Below are positions 37,426 to 51,613 of a stretch of DNA of 64,000 bases, one piece after another (position 1 is the first letter of the stretch; each line of letters opens with the position of its first letter). Origin of the DNA: Hyphochytrium catenoides (taxonomy: Eukaryota > Protista > Hyphochytriomycota). Location: positions 62,001 through 126,000 of the forward strand of contig FLMG01004215.1 in assembly GCA_900088475.1 (NCBI GenBank). The letters run 5' to 3'. Both the position numbers and the translations under genes were made by a program. The notes beneath the pieces were generated by a model. That model had not been told where the DNA came from, ran no database searches, and worked only from the letters and a program-made list of their open reading frames with translations.

Positions 37426-40400
37426 ATGGAAGATCCGGACAGGTCCTCGGAGGAGGAAAGATCTGTACCCTCCTACCGCTATGGACAGGCCTTGCATGTA
37501 AATACCGGGCCACAGGATGGGAGACGGAGGCGACCGTACGGGAGATCTGTAGACTTTGCAAGTGACGGGAGCTTGGGGATGAGCTCCTCGTACTACCAGA
37601 TGAATGCTGCAGAGTCGTCTGAGGCTCAGCAGCTTACCTACCTTCTACACAGCCCTACGGCAGGACAGATTGATTTCGCTGATAGCTTCACCCCTAGAGT
37701 GGAATACCCCTTCGACATTACTCCCTTGTATGACCCCAGAAAGAAGTTTCCAGCAGCGCCACAGGTTGTCTGTTCGAGATAGGAGGACAGGAGTTCATAC
37801 AGATTCTCTTTGCTTGTTCGTGCTCTCTTACACTACCTCTTGCCGTCGTCTCGTGGTACACCAGTGGTATGAGTAACACCTCATCATTCTTCGTCCCGCT
37901 CCTAGGTCCTTGACTCGGTAACACCTAGGCCAGGAGCAGGTGTCTACCAAGGCGGGAAGCTTCAGTTTTGTGATATGTACCATAGCAAATACATGCCTGT
38001 AGAGAAAGAAGGTAGGCCTTTCTTTCAAACCTCTTCCTACGTGTCCAAGACTGAGAAAACTTGTTCGATATTTATACGCAGGCTGGGTGCAAGTGTGGAA
38101 CTTCGTCGAATCTCCGGCCATTCTTTTCCTCGTGGGTACGCTCTCCGCTGTCCAAGGTAAAAGCAAGCAAGAGTGAAGGAACCTTCAAAAGTGCAGCAGG
38201 GCGTATGTCCTGGTACTTGTTCCATAGGATTAGTCCTGACCTCTATCAGCCCATCACTCTTCATTTTCAAGTAGGAGGATGCTCACTTGCTTTGAACCTT
38301 CTTGTTTACCTTAGATGCTTGGATTGATTGGATGATCAACCATTCCCATAGAATGTTAGGATACTTTGAGGACATCAGTGCTCCAGTTGAGGTTGCGTAT
38401 GCCTGCTTCACAGCCTGCTTGGCTTGTCTTATAGTGCATTGGTGGTAAGACTCAGAGCTCCAGAGGGAGGAAGAGCGTCAGTTGCTAAAAAGGGTCAAGT
38501 GGGGCAACAAGAGGAGAGAATAGTGAACTGTGGTTTGATGGACTAACTCATCGCTCAGTCCGCAAGCAGGAGGATCTGGGATGCCTGAGATAAAGGTCGT
38601 ACTGAGTGGAATCATCAACAAGAGCTATCTGAGCGTTAGGACCTTCATGGCCAAATCGATTGGTAAGGGCGATGGATGGAAGGATTCACTAGATTTCATT
38701 GTGCTAAATAGAGGATAACGGGCACCAAGTAACAGGTGTATAAGGGGATAACATGGCCTCCTGTCTTCTTAGGTCTCGTCCTGGCATTTAGCGCTGGTCT
38801 TTCCATTGGCAGAGAGGGTCCCTTTGTACAGATCGCTTGCGCCATAGCGGATTCATTGATGCAACTTCCATGCTTCTCAAGAATTAGAGAGAACTCCTCC
38901 AAGCGTCTTGAACTGCTGGCATGTGCTAGTGCCGCAGGGGTATCAGCGACCTTTGGAACACCCTTTGGTGGAACTCTGTTTAGCATAGAAGTGACTGCTA
39001 CCTTCTATATGATCAGAAACTTACCGAGGTACATCAGCTAAATGCGCTCTGTTAACCTTTCTGGCAAAAAACTCTGGGATGTGTTGGCCTCGTAATCACT
39101 TAGTAGAGGCGATTGACAAGGTCATCCTCACTCCTGATGGCAACCCTGTGCCTAGGAGGAAGATGAGTCTTCTTGGATTGCCTCTCTTACCTGTATTGCG
39201 CCTCCTGAATTGTCGTGATCCAATTTCCAGCCCCATTCGCTTTGGTAATCTGTACTATTTGATCCCGTGGCATTGTCCTCACTTGGGCCCCGGGTATCTT
39301 TGATATCTTTGTAGGGCGTTCTTTGCGGCTATGTGCGGGGCTGTGTTAGTGGTTGTTATGGGCAAACAGGGTCAGCTTGCACTGTTCGAGACCACATGGT
39401 CGCTTAGGGAGTATCAAGCTCGAGTACTGAAAAAGGCCCAAGTAACGGATATGGCAATCAGCGCTGTTCTGGGGTAAGGGCTGACCTGCTGGAACCGAAA
39501 GCTTCTCAGCGCGTAGGCCTCTGATACTCATCTGTTCTCTGACTGACTTCTCTTGTGGAACTATCTCGCCATAGGATTATTGCGGGCCTCTTTGGGGTGA
39601 TGTTCATCAAACTTGTAGAAGTACTCATACGGTTCAGAGACGACTTCCTGTCAAGGCCCACTGGTTTTTTATCAGCAGTAGCCAAAAAGTTTCTATTAGT
39701 CATCGTTGTGACCGCGGTGGTCAATATTGTCTATGACATCACCGAGAAATCCCTTTTCTTGGAAGGAACCCAGAAGACTTTGACGGACTTCATCTTTCAC
39801 GACGAGCTGCTTGACCCAAACATCATCTCCATCCCGCTCTTCGTCTTCTTCCCGCTGAAAGTCCTATTCACAGCCATCTGCATCACGCTGCCGATCCCAG
39901 CAGGTTAGTTGCTCTCTAGTTTACATCGACCCACCCCAACATAGTCCGAAATGTTGCGACTGGCCACACTTTGTCCTTCTCGTAAACCTCTAATCTCAGT
40001 GACCTCGCTCTCGCTTCAACACGTCTGTTTCAGGCCTTTTCACCCCCACTTTCCTCGCCGGTGGCGCATTTGGTCGATGCTTCGGAGAAATCATGATCAA
40101 GTATTTTCCTGCCTGGACCTCCCTTCAACCATGGGAATTTGCCCTCGTTGGGGCTTGCGCATACAGCAGTGGGGTTACGCGGGCCATCTCAACAGCGGTC
40201 ATCGTATTAGAATTGACTGGGCATCTGCATCTGACGATGTACATCGGCATTGCTATTATTTGTGCCTATTTTATTGGCAATCGCTTCACCGTGAACGTGT
40301 ACGACCATCTTATCATGGCCAATGATTTACCAAGACTACCCTACTTGCCAAAGGTGGCCTACGATATTCCTTCGTGGGAGGTACGTAACAGAACTCTGCA

Positions 40401-41859
40401 CTAACTGCGGACCTATAGGACCAAAGTCGAGTTCTGATGGGTGGTAGTCCTAGTCTTAGCGGTGGTACTCTCCGGGGAAGTTATTTGTGGACCCTGTTGG
40501 AGTTCTCGTGATTTAGGAGTAGGCCTTGCAGTCCCTTTTTATCAAGTGTCCTGTTCTGTCCTGTTCTCATCAAGATATGTAATGGTGTTCCTGTAGGTCA
40601 TGAAGGAGATATCTCGCATGCCGTTCTTAACTGCTCAATCAACGTATGCAGATGCTGCCACACTGCTCCAACAGTCAAAGGAAGTGGTCTTTCCCGTTGT
40701 GCAAGATGAGGTCAGATCTAAAACTTGTCGTATTGAATAGTTCAAGTTGCAACTCCGGCAAAGCCTTTGATGTGCCTTCAGCTTCCGCATCATGCTAGAC
40801 ATGCCTAAAAACGAACGAAGTGGATGCCTGGTGATAACGCTTTGACGAACAGTTGGCATTCTTTCTTTCTTTCACTAGACTTGCGCCATTCAAACCTGTC
40901 TTTCTCTTGCTCAGAACCACTTCCCTCTCATCTTGCAATTTTAGCTTTTGATTTTCCGGTCATTTAACCAGCTACTGCAGGTAAACATGCTGTTGGTGGG
41001 TGCTGTGATGCGGTCGGAGTTACGATCGGGTATCAAAGCCCTGACTAGCACCTCAAGAATGATGCGGCGACTTCAGCGGCACCCATCGCTAAGAAGGGAA
41101 GCAGAGGGCGTGCGTGCTGAACTGGCTCGCTCTATTTCTCAGAATGCAGGATTTCAGGACCAGATTATCTTCGCCTTCAACCGAGGCGGGAGATTCTATA
41201 ACTTGGTGAGCAAAAGACATACTAGCAGGGAGATCCTGTGGTGGATAGCATTAGTCCCAAGGGGCGTTTCTACCTATTGTCGTCTTCCTTGATGGTTATT
41301 CTCTCCAGCTTCCAGTCAGTTGCCACTTTTTCGAATCTACTGCGTCTCTGAAAGTAGTGCTAACACTTGTAGTTATTGTGACAGAAAACAAGCCGGGAGT
41401 TGCGGTTGAACGACCCTTTCATCGCCATCGATCCTGCTCCTTTTCAGATCGTCGAGGCAATGCCACTAATCAAGGTAGTAAACATGCAAGTGAACTCCGG
41501 CAAAGGATGCCAAGTGATGACCTATTCGTTTCCATGATTTCCCCAGGTTGACCTACTGTTCCGAATGCTAAAGCTGAATAAGACATATGTCACGAGGCAG
41601 GGCAGGCTGGTATGTGTTTCTATGGCACAGTTCCTTCGTAAGAGTCTTCTTTAGCAATTGTTCCACTTAATAAGGAACACTTCTTTTTCTCTCCCCATCG
41701 CCCATGCAGGTTGGAATGATATCCCGTCAAAGACTTCAGAATTTCCTAGGGACATTGAAGCGGCCGAAGAGTTCGTTTACCGGGACGATATGGAGAACTT
41801 GTTACGAATCACTCACACGCGTGTTTAGTCGAAGTACAGGGCGGTATGAAAGGCTCTGA
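37426..41859 (+). CDS. CLC family chloride channel with C-terminal CBS domains
   Basis: AGGSGMPEIK, GREGPFVQI, ACASAAGVSATFGTPFGGTLFSIEVT, LPIPAGLFTPTF, TRAISTAVIVLELTG, VYDHLI..NDLPRLP; CBS-like FPVVQDE and IDPAPFQI. Confidence 0.95.
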
Positions 41860-42001
41860 ATGGGAAGTGTCGCCTGGCCTCATCATATAGTTGTGAGAGT
41901 CATGGCTTCAGAGAGGCGATGATAGTTCATTGGTTTACCGGCTTGAGTACCACTAGCTGCCTATTTATATCGTGAAAGGACTATTCCTATTCATCATCTC
42001 T

Positions 42002-44007
42002 TTAACTACTCTGTCCTCCTAGCTCGGCCGAGTTGATGCTTGGGGCCCTTGAGCCCTTAGCTTGATTGAGTAGGACTTGAAGGTGATGGCCAACCATCCC
42101 ATTCTCCCACCGTCCCGGGTTCTGAGGGACATCTGTAAGCTGATGCTCTCGGGCATAAGTCCTCCGCCTCCATGTATGGGATTTTGTTCCATCTTGGATT
42201 TCTTGGTGGTTGGAGTGAAGATGGCTACTTCCGCTCAAATTGTTCGGCGGATCTACTCTTGACAGCGAGCTGGTTTACTTCCTTAGACACCGTTACATCG
42301 CCTCTCAATCATCCTGACGCACCCAGCTCGTTTTTCCCTACCGGTGGTGCTGATAAAAATGAACCATAGAACTTCAAACAGATTACGGGAGCTCATCGCA
42401 CACGTGGTAGAATCCAGGCTTTCCGTTCCAGATCATGATGTCACTTCGGAATGTGGGAAGGCGCGAGAGTCTCCAAGTGAAGGTTTGGTTAGGCTTCAGA
42501 CAAAAGAAATATTCAGCTGCGGTCTGCTGACTCGCAAGCGCTCTACTCCTGAGGCTGTGTACTCGCCGTCGCTCCAGTTATTGAGATTCTTACGTGCCAG
42601 GGTGAGGTAGCGCAATCCTTCCGCTCTCTCAGAGATGAGTGAGAGAGTGCGGTCTGTAATAGCGCAAAAGGCGATGTCTGGGAGGATACAGTCAGACCTT
42701 CACGTTTGTTCCCCGCCGTGTAGACATCCTTCTTTCCGGTTGGTCATATCTCCATACTTTCACTTTCAGATGCCTTCCTCTCTTCTTACCTAGGGCTTTT
42801 AGGCAGGGACATGAGCTCAGTACTAGCTTGATGGTGTCGTCATCTATAGCCTCATTGCCGCACAAAGAGAGCCGCTCCAGAACGGGGAATCCAGCCAGGA
42901 AGCCTGACATGGCATTACAGATATTACCGCCGATAATACTTCGAGATATACAGAGAAGTAGATCAACAGATCCGATGGGGAACAATGACAGAGAGAGATA
43001 CCAACCATGACGATAACGGGTGGTAGATGGGCAGAAGTGGGAAAAAGAACCAGCGCTTGGAGGTCGATGAGGGAAGTCCGGACATCGAGAAGTACTGACT
43101 AACCAATATCCTTGGCGGTATAACCGCGGACCCAACTCAGCTCAAGTTCCTGCAGCTCTGCCCGTGACGGCCCCAGAACCTCCGCTAGAAAAGGGACCCA
43201 GCACGTTTCCACGCGGCAGCCTAACAGAGCGATCTTGGGTCATACACACTTTTGTCGACAAGCCACTCCAGCTCCTTTGTCTATCTCTCCATTTTCCTGT
43301 CCCAGCCCTAAGTCTCTCATGTGCCGTCTCTTGACTAGTGCTAACGCTCCAAATGTCACTGCCTGAGTAGGTCTCAGACAATTCCCTGTTGAGTAGTTCC
43401 TCAATGAGCTAACTTAGTCCCCGCCCACACCTTCCTGCCCGAACCTGATATCCGAAGGGCCCTAAGCACAACCCTGGGACAAGCGTAGAGAGCTCTATCC
43501 AGTCCAGACAAAGAGATGTTGCACCACGAGAGATCCAAACCTAAAGGATAGGTCCTTCCGCCGTCGCAGCCGTCCTGCTCTAAACCACTCGATGCCGCAG
43601 CAGCGCAGTCAATCTTCCGTAGAATTTTGAACAGCAGCGAGTCGTCGACAAGCGCGTAGCTATCCAAGAGAGAAAGGAAAGAAAGAGCGCCAGACATAAC
43701 AGTGAAGGTGAGCAGTGCAGGAAGCTCTGCCAGTACTTTGACCGCTTTATCTTTGCCTGAAGGAGCAAACAGTATAAAAGGAGGCACCAATTACGTCAGC
43801 ACTGAGCCGGAAGTATCTTGTCGATAGTGCTTTACCCAGTGCTCTGACGCTGCAATGGAGGGTATGGACCGTAGACAAGAATCTGAACGAGTACTTCCGC
43901 AGCTCAGAGTTGACCGATGTGCACTGTGAAACTTCATAGATCTCGAGAAAGCCCAATATGTGGATCCACAGCTCGGTTGGCAGAACACATAGGTGTGTCT
44001 CCTTCAT
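42002..44007 (-). CDS. F-box / leucine-rich repeat protein
   Basis: N-terminal F-box LPTELWIHILGFL; cysteine-containing LRRs (LDLSWCNIS, LERLSLCGNEAIDD, LKALDIAFCAITD). Confidence 0.85.
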
Positions 44008-44698
44008 ACTGCAGCTTCACAAGCCCCTCTGCAGCATTATCCAGGAACTCTACCCGAACTCTCGCTTGGCTGAGAGCACATGCCCGGCTGCCTTAGGCCC
44101 ATCGATTGCCTCTAGCTACCCTCTCGTCCCATTACTTGGTGTGACCATATGCTGATGAAAGAACCCCTACCTCTCCTTCAGGGCTGCAGAAGGTGCCAGA
44201 CCAAAGGTTTGTGACCAAGACTGAAAGATCTGACCGCGTGCTTGGCAAGAGCTGGGGCAAGCATCGACCTTGTGGCCCCTAGTCCCTGGCGAGGTGACTG
44301 GGCTGGCAGGCTTCTGTGCCTTTGTCGGTTCATTCTCTCTTAACTTTTTGTGCACTTTTCTGATTCTTGGTTTGAGACTCTATATATGGGTAGCCGACGA
44401 CTCCCCCCTGTATTATCTTAGCTCAAAAAGCCTTTACCCATGGGGTGACAAACCTTCATCTTCAGGAACTCCTATCTTTGGCAGGCTTTCTTGTTGTCAT
44501 GATCCTGGGAATAGAGATCAGAAGCCAGCCTCTGAGAGACAGCAGAGCCTGCACGGCAGTCACTGTTGAAAGTCCGCGGGATAGCAGACCGGGGTGGGCG
44601 ATCAAGGTTGAAGATACATCTCGACACCTACCAGTGATCGGCACCGCAGTGACACCGCATTCCTCCCACCAACAGACGCTGGAGAGCGACGAAGAAAG

Positions 44699-47600
44699 AT
44701 GATACGCACAGGACCGCTTTGTTTCGTGGTCTCCAGGACCATCCGGACACCTACCATTCCGCGAGCGAGGATCCGTTGCCGAAGGTGAGTTGGAGTGCCC
44801 AGCAGCAAAAACTCATACTGAAAGTGGTGTGGCTGAGAAGACGAGCACCCTGGAAACGATACTAAGCTTTGTTGAAACGATGGCGCTGCCTTGGCCTTCA
44901 TCACCAGATGGCAGTCGACTGCACCAGACGGCGATACACAGAAACCCAGCGGCGGACGCTTCAGGAAGATGTGGAAGAGCGTCACGAGAATTGCGATGCC
45001 CGCCTCTCTTGGTAAGAAGACGTGTTCGGGTTTCTTCTGTTCAAGCTTCACCGTCTTCCCATGACCTTCTCACGGCCATCCTTCGCAAGGCTTTCTCGTC
45101 ATAGCCGCGCTTGACTTCTACCATGTCACCCACCCCACGGAGCCGGATAGGGAGCATGCACTGAAGATGCTAAGAGAGAGGGGGGTGAGGCCGACTGGGG
45201 AAGAGCTACAACTCGCAACACCCCGACAGGTGAGAAGAGGGACTAGCGAAGGGGTTACTTACGCTTGGTCGGTGTTCCCAGAAGAGGGGTGGCTGACAGA
45301 CAACGGGAGAGAGACGAAGCCATGTCGAAGAGAACGGGAGAAGAAAGAAATAGGCAGAACCCTATCAGACACAAAGAGCTCGAAAAAGAGAGAGATCTTA
45401 AGAGAAACAAGAGGAATAGCCGCCTACGTAAAAAGGAATAACAGCCATTGCTTGCGACGAGAGGAGAAGGAGGGAGAGCAATTCCTCCACTATAACTCGA
45501 GATGAGAGAGTTTACCAGGCGAGGATGGCTAGAGACCGGCGATGTTGCACGGCTTCGGCGTCTCACTTGTTCCGTTATCTATTGCAGCAACTCGCTCTTA
45601 ATATGGTGCCCTACCGCATCCTCTCCCGCGCTTGGGGAGCCGTAAACGAGATAAAGCTGTAAGGGTTCCCTTCGCACTTACCCTACTGTCCTTCCTCTTC
45701 CCTCGCCTCCAACTAGTCCCATCGGTCTCCGGAGTCTCACGATGTGGCGGCTTGGAACCCAGCTCTTTGGGTCACTGGAGCACTAAGTCGGCTCTTTCCT
45801 TACTGACTCTTTTTTCACTCTGTGGCCTACGCAGACCAGATTGGGCTCGAGAGCCTATCTACAAAGCATGGACGAAGGCCTTCAATTGCAATCTTGAGGA
45901 GATGAAGTAGGTATCGCTCCACGGACGGTACTCTATCTTTAACTGCTTCTCGTTATTCGGCTGCTCTTCTTTGTCTCTACTCTCCACGTCAACTTATATA
46001 TCCTACCATCCCACCAGTGGCTGAAAGTAACCCTCGCCATTGTAGGTATCCCTTAAAACACTATGAGAACCTGAGCGAGTTCTTCTCTCGACCACTGAAG
46101 GCACGTAACAGGGTTACTAGTTAAGCTAGGGAGGCGTGGGGAGCAATAGCTCGATGTCGAAAGGAAGTCTGCGTTGAGGGTGTACGGGTCTTCGCACTAC
46201 AAATAGCAGAAGTATAGGGGTTGTGAAACAAATTCTAGGGTGAGTTGCCTCGTAATAGATTCTTTATTGGCTTCTATCACTCTTAGGAAGGATCGCGGCC
46301 TATTGACCTCGACCGCCGTGCGATTGTGAGTCCCGTGGACGGAGAGGTCATTGTCCATGGCATGGTAGACCCTGGAAATCCTGTACCGCTCCTCGAACAG
46401 ATCAAGGTAAGCAGAGAGCATACGTTTAAGTAGAAAAGGTACTCTCAAAAGGCCATGCGCATCGGAAGAGTGATCGAGAGAGGCAAGGCCAGCCAAGAAG
46501 TAGAAGGTAGGACATAGGCTGACCACTCCATGCCTTCATTAATAGGGTATCAGGTATCGTTTGGATGAGTTCTTAGGGTTCTTACCATCCGTGGCGCGGA
46601 ACAAAGATCCGAAAGGCGATAGGTAAGAGCACGTCAGAGAAAGCCGCAAGGTCGGCAACAGTACTCTCTGGAGCTTTAGGCACATAGGGCTGCTTTTACG
46701 CATTAGGGCGGAGGATGTAGACTGGCGGTTGGGTCCGACCAAGTTCCCTGTAGGTCGAAATTGGAGAAAAACTCTCATGTGTATGACCTGCTGAGATGAA
46801 GAGTGTGGCTTAGACTCGACTTTGTTCCAACCTAGACTCTACTATATCGTGATCTATCTGGCACCGGGAGACTATCACCGGATCCATTCTCCCGTAGACT
46901 GGCAAATCCAGGAAAGAATACATTTTCCGGGTAAGTGGTACCGCAAAGCTTTGAAGAGGCTAGGGAACGCGATAAGTGCGAATGATGTGCTCAAGAGGCG
47001 AATAGATAATGATGCGGCAATAGATAATGATAGGGGGATTGCCCCGAAGCTGCACATCCTTTAGAAAAAGAGCGTGATAGAGCAAGCCCTTCGAAGGGTA
47101 AATTCGCGCAAAGGAGCAAAAGATATTTCGAGGCGAAAGGGTTATCTTTGCTCACTTGCGCTTGCTGGGCTAGGAAAACTTTACCCTGTAGCGCCATGGG
47201 CTGTAAAGCTGGTTCCTTCTTTGTTCTCGCAAAACGAGCGCGTAGTTCTGAAGGGCGAATGGGAGCATGGCTTCTACTCCTTAACAGCTGTTGGAGCGCT
47301 TAATGTCGGCAGTATCCTGGTTAACATGGAGCGGGTACTGTGTCGCACTTCACCTATCTCTACCTTTAGGCAATGAGGCAGCTCAGCTCACTCCTTTTAA
47401 AACTTCTTGGCCCCTTTTGTCGCATGAAGGTCCTTTGTTGTCTACTTGCTTCCTTGCCCTTAAGCGATCATCAGCTTTGGCCATTCAATATTTCAATGCT
47501 TCACTGCCTTCAACTTAACTTTCGTCTCTTTCAATCTTAAACGTATTACATCTCCGCCGTTCTCTGTCGACCTCGCATTCGAGAGACCGCCACGCCCTAA

Positions 47601-48054
47601 TCTGCTTTCGCCTCGTTTCTCCCGGCAGAGCCTGAAGACAAACGTCAGCGGCCAAGGCAACTACCTAGGGAAACCTCACTATCGTCTGTACAACCCGCCT
47701 TTTGCTTCTAAGAAGGGTGATGAAGTTGCACAATTTAAGGTCCGTATGATCATGGCTGGGCTCATCATTGAACTTTATTCGAGCAAGAATGGTACACACT
47801 AGAGATGGAGAGGGTCCTATGAGTCTCGAAGGCGCGAGTTACACTTACTCCGTCCTTCCGCTTTCAGCTGGGCTCCACGGTCGTTCTTGTCTTCCAGGCT
47901 CCTCAGTCTTTCTCTTTCCTTCAAAAACCAGGCCAATCGGTAAGTCCTGCCCTTCTTCTGTCCTTGTCGCAGTTACCCACCACCGATCCATGTCCTTCTT
48001 TGTCACTAGGTGCGCATGGGCTTACCCTTTGGCGTCATTGGCAAGAAAAGCTGA
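44699..48054 (+). CDS. PISD: Mitochondrial-type phosphatidylserine decarboxylase proenzyme
   Basis: Arg-rich presequence, [53 protein letters not shown], autocleavage motif F K|[11 protein letters not shown]. Confidence 0.95.
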
Positions 48055-48302
48055 AGCGTCAATGTGATCTTCTATTTCTATTAGTCCCAAACCACAGAAG
48101 GAGCCTTGGTATGTAGTTAAGAGGCCCTCTGCGCTAAGTAGGAGGCTCGATGCTTATGCTAATATGTGGGTGAAATGGATTGCCGGATCTCGTGAGAGAT
48201 TGCTGTTCCTTCCATGGCGTCGATAGGGTTTTTGTGTTGGAGGGACTGGAAGCTCAGGCATTTGGGGCCCCTGAGCTTTCTTAAATATGATGCAGGACCG
48301 CT

Positions 48303-50829
48303 CTAGGCGAAGTAATCTAATGCAAGGAGAATGGACCCTGCTGCCACTAGAAAGGACACCAAGTATTTGACAAAATCGTCGCTGTGCTTGATTGCGGACG
48401 TCAGGTATTCCCCAGCCTGCAGAGACAGAGCGATGTAAATAGCTGAGGGCGAAGGATAGCTAATGCCGACACGAAGCAACACAGGACTTCCTGCTGGTGG
48501 AAGTGGGAAGAGACCATCTACGTATCTGAGGTCCATACCTCCTCCATGTCAGATCTGCTGTTGACCGCCGTAGAGTAAATGTTCTGGATCTCTTCCTGTT
48601 GCTCTAAGACTTTATCGGAGAAGACCGATAACAAACTTGATATTTCATTCATCTTGGCCTCCACTTGGCTAGGAGAGAGAGAGTCATGGTTAAATATACT
48701 GACTAAGAGCAAAAAGACAGCATTTCAGGGTCCACACAGACTTGAAGAAAAGAGAGAGAGAGGGAGGAGCAGGTGCAGCTGGCATCCAGATACAGCAATG
48801 CTCACCGCACATCCTCAAGTTCGCTTTCTAAATCGACTTCAAGCAGTTGGTTCTCGGCACGGAAGATGGCCTCTTCCTCCTCATCAAGCACCAGTGGGTC
48901 TTCTTCCTGAAGCTCAGCTAGCATAGACTGCGCCGACTGAATCGATAGAATTGCATCCGATTATTCTACGTGGCAGAATAACGGACAGTAAAAAGAAAAC
49001 ATAGAAGGAACTCGTGGACGGAGAAGACCACGATTAGCTTGGGGCAAGGCGCCAATGTGTCAACTTGAAAATCAAGAGCTGAGATGAGAAAGGACAGGCC
49101 ACCGCCTGACAAGACTCTAGCAGCTGATACCTTCTGTCTCTCCTTCTCAGGCGTCTTAATCCGAAACGGGAGCGAAAGGTCATCATCCGCTTTCTGGAGC
49201 ACAGAGGAAAACCTATCAAGAGAAGCAATTAGCCTTCATGGGGGGAAAGGGGGTAGCCGCCTTCTGCTTATGGGTCATGAACTGATTGACAGCGATTACT
49301 AGATGTGACTATAAGTGCCCAACATTTTGCCTTTACCTTGCTTTCTCTTCCAGGGATTGCTGGTAGCGTCGAGTGCGCTGAGCGTCAATAGCTTTTGCCA
49401 GACTCCGGAGCCGCTAATGGTATCATAATTAAAGGAAAGATTGTGGTTCGGCCTTTATCCTCTGTCCAGGACAAGCTTTGACCTCCTCCAGTTTAGCGCT
49501 AAACCCTCATAATTGGTAAAATGGCCTCTATCCCGTGCACTTTCCCTTCCTCTTCCTCTATGTCTCCCTGTAATTTGTTCTTACCTCGAGGGAGTAGACC
49601 ACAACGCCCTGCTGATGAGCTGCCTGGTCTAGGCCTGATGTGGCCTTACCTGTGACATCGAGGCAAATAGAAGCTGAGACATTGTAGCCAACCTGGGCTC
49701 CTAACTAACACCGTGTGAAGACGAACACATGGACCTCTCTATGTCTAGAGAGACAAAAGCGAGTCAAAGAACAATAACAATGGATGAAGAGGATCACGTA
49801 AGGCTTTAACGCTGATATTTAGTAATCACCTGACACCTGGTGCTGCAGAGCAGATATAACCCTTTCGCACTCTTGGATGAAAATGATAGACTCCTAAGCC
49901 CAACAAATATAAGTTGGATGGAACTGAAGAGGGGAGTTGGCTCATTGAAGAGCGATAGGCAAACAAAACATCGAGAAGGAAAGCAACCCCCTACAAGACG
50001 TTAGAGTCCGCAGTGCGGATCTTCCGACATGGAGGAGAACCAGGGATCGGCATGGGTTAGAGAAACTCAGAAGTTTAGAGATTGCCTCTGGCGTAGAGGC
50101 ACTCACCGACTCGATATTGTCCTTTTCCTCTTCGCTCATAACAGATCCAGCTCTTCTGGTTCCCCATCTGTCGTTAGAGGGGGTCAAGGTGTCCAAGTCA
50201 GCCAGACAAACTGAGAAGCTAAGTGAGAAGAGTCATCTAGACACAAGTTCCGTGGAGAGGGCGTAAAGTGAGGGAGCTATTAAGCGCCAGATGGTCAAAC
50301 GCTGCTCCGAAACCTCGATAGTGAAGAAATTGCCTTCCAATCATTCCTCCGTCAGCCTTACTTGACTATGCCAAGATAGTAGGGAGCATTTTCTTGTAAG
50401 AACGCCTCAGTGGCTGCAATTCGCTTGACCTGCATAAGGGACCAACAACGATCAGGTGCAGAATGCGAGCCCTTGAGGCGCTTGAGGACAAAGCAGGAGA
50501 GAGCGCGGGACAAGGCTAACGAGAGACACTCTGAAGAAAGAGAATGCGAGAGCCTGCTAGGCTCCATAGCATTAATGGCACATGCAGGGAAAAAGATACT
50601 GGACCTAGAATTAGAAGAGAGCCAAGAATGTAGAGATTAGCAAAAAGCCAGCAAATAAGGAAGCAGTCAATCGCCGCCCTTAACGTACAATGCCCGCCAT
50701 TTCTGCATCGAACGGGGTTTGGGGGCCGTCTTCGTCTGCCCCCTTCCGCTTTTTCTCATCAGGAGGTAGGCCCTTCTCTTCCCTCAAGGCCCTGACAAGC
50801 TCTTCCCATTGCGGTGTAAGGTCAGTCAT
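48303..50829 (-). CDS. STX18: Syntaxin-18 / Ufe1-like ER t-SNARE
   Basis: MTDLTPQW start, MSEEEKDNIES, AHQQGVV, SNARE motif VEAKMNEISSLLSVFSDKVLEQQEEI, C-terminal TM FLVAAGSILLALDYFA*. Confidence 0.88.
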
Positions 50830-51548
50830 CCTGCTTAGAGAGCTCAATCAGTGCATTCTCCAGAACCTCCAAGGCTGTACTTCCAAAATACTGCTCCTTG
50901 ATGAGAGGAATAAGATCAGAAGCAGATTGAAGAGGCAACACTTAGAGAGCCCTTCCTGCCCGCAACATAGCAACTAGATCCCGATAACCGCGGACGGAGC
51001 TTTAGAGAGACGGTGGCTACGAACAGGAACCCTGTGGGCCTGTGGGCCGCTAGCAATGTATAGAAACTTATGCGGTGAGACAGGCAGGCGAGCAAGCAAA
51101 GCGGCCGATGAAGCTTTGAGGGCGACAGTCGTTGTTGATGCCACGTGAAGATTATTGTGTTCTACAATGCTGATCGTATATCTCTACCGCACTCTGTCAT
51201 CCACAGTCTCAACTTTACTCGTATCTCCACCAAGCCTAGCTAGGAATAGATCCTTCAGAGACTCTAATCTAACTCTCTCCGTCGGTCACAGCCCCCATCT
51301 CATTTCACTCTGTCTCGTACGCCCTTTCTGCAGCAAGATGAGACTGATGCCTACACAGATTTATGGATTGTACACGAGAACATAGTCCACGAATTAAGGC
51401 TCTGCTGACAATGAAGTGTAAAGGTTTTCACTAAGCTAAAAGACTTTTGATTTCGTTGGCGGGAGTTTCCGAATTTTGAAGTGTTGACAAAAAACTCTTG
51501 TGAGCCCAGACAAACAGTGAGAAATTACACGAGTAGGAAACCGTTAGG

Positions 51549-51554
51549 GAGAGA

Positions 51555-51608
<54 letters not shown>
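51549..51608. repeat. (GA)n microsatellite in the STX18/helicase divergent intergenic region
   Basis: About 30 GA units with one interruption. Confidence 0.95.

Positions 51609-51613
<5 letters not shown>

Noticed and set aside
44270-44569. 99-aa hydrophobic ORF between the F-box and PISD genes
   Set aside because: It has a non-ATG start, lies in a divergent promoter gap of typical size and has no recognisable family.
46998-47032. 18-bp near-duplication (aatagataatgat twice)
   Set aside because: A simple intronic slippage duplication; two copies do not make an array or CRISPR.
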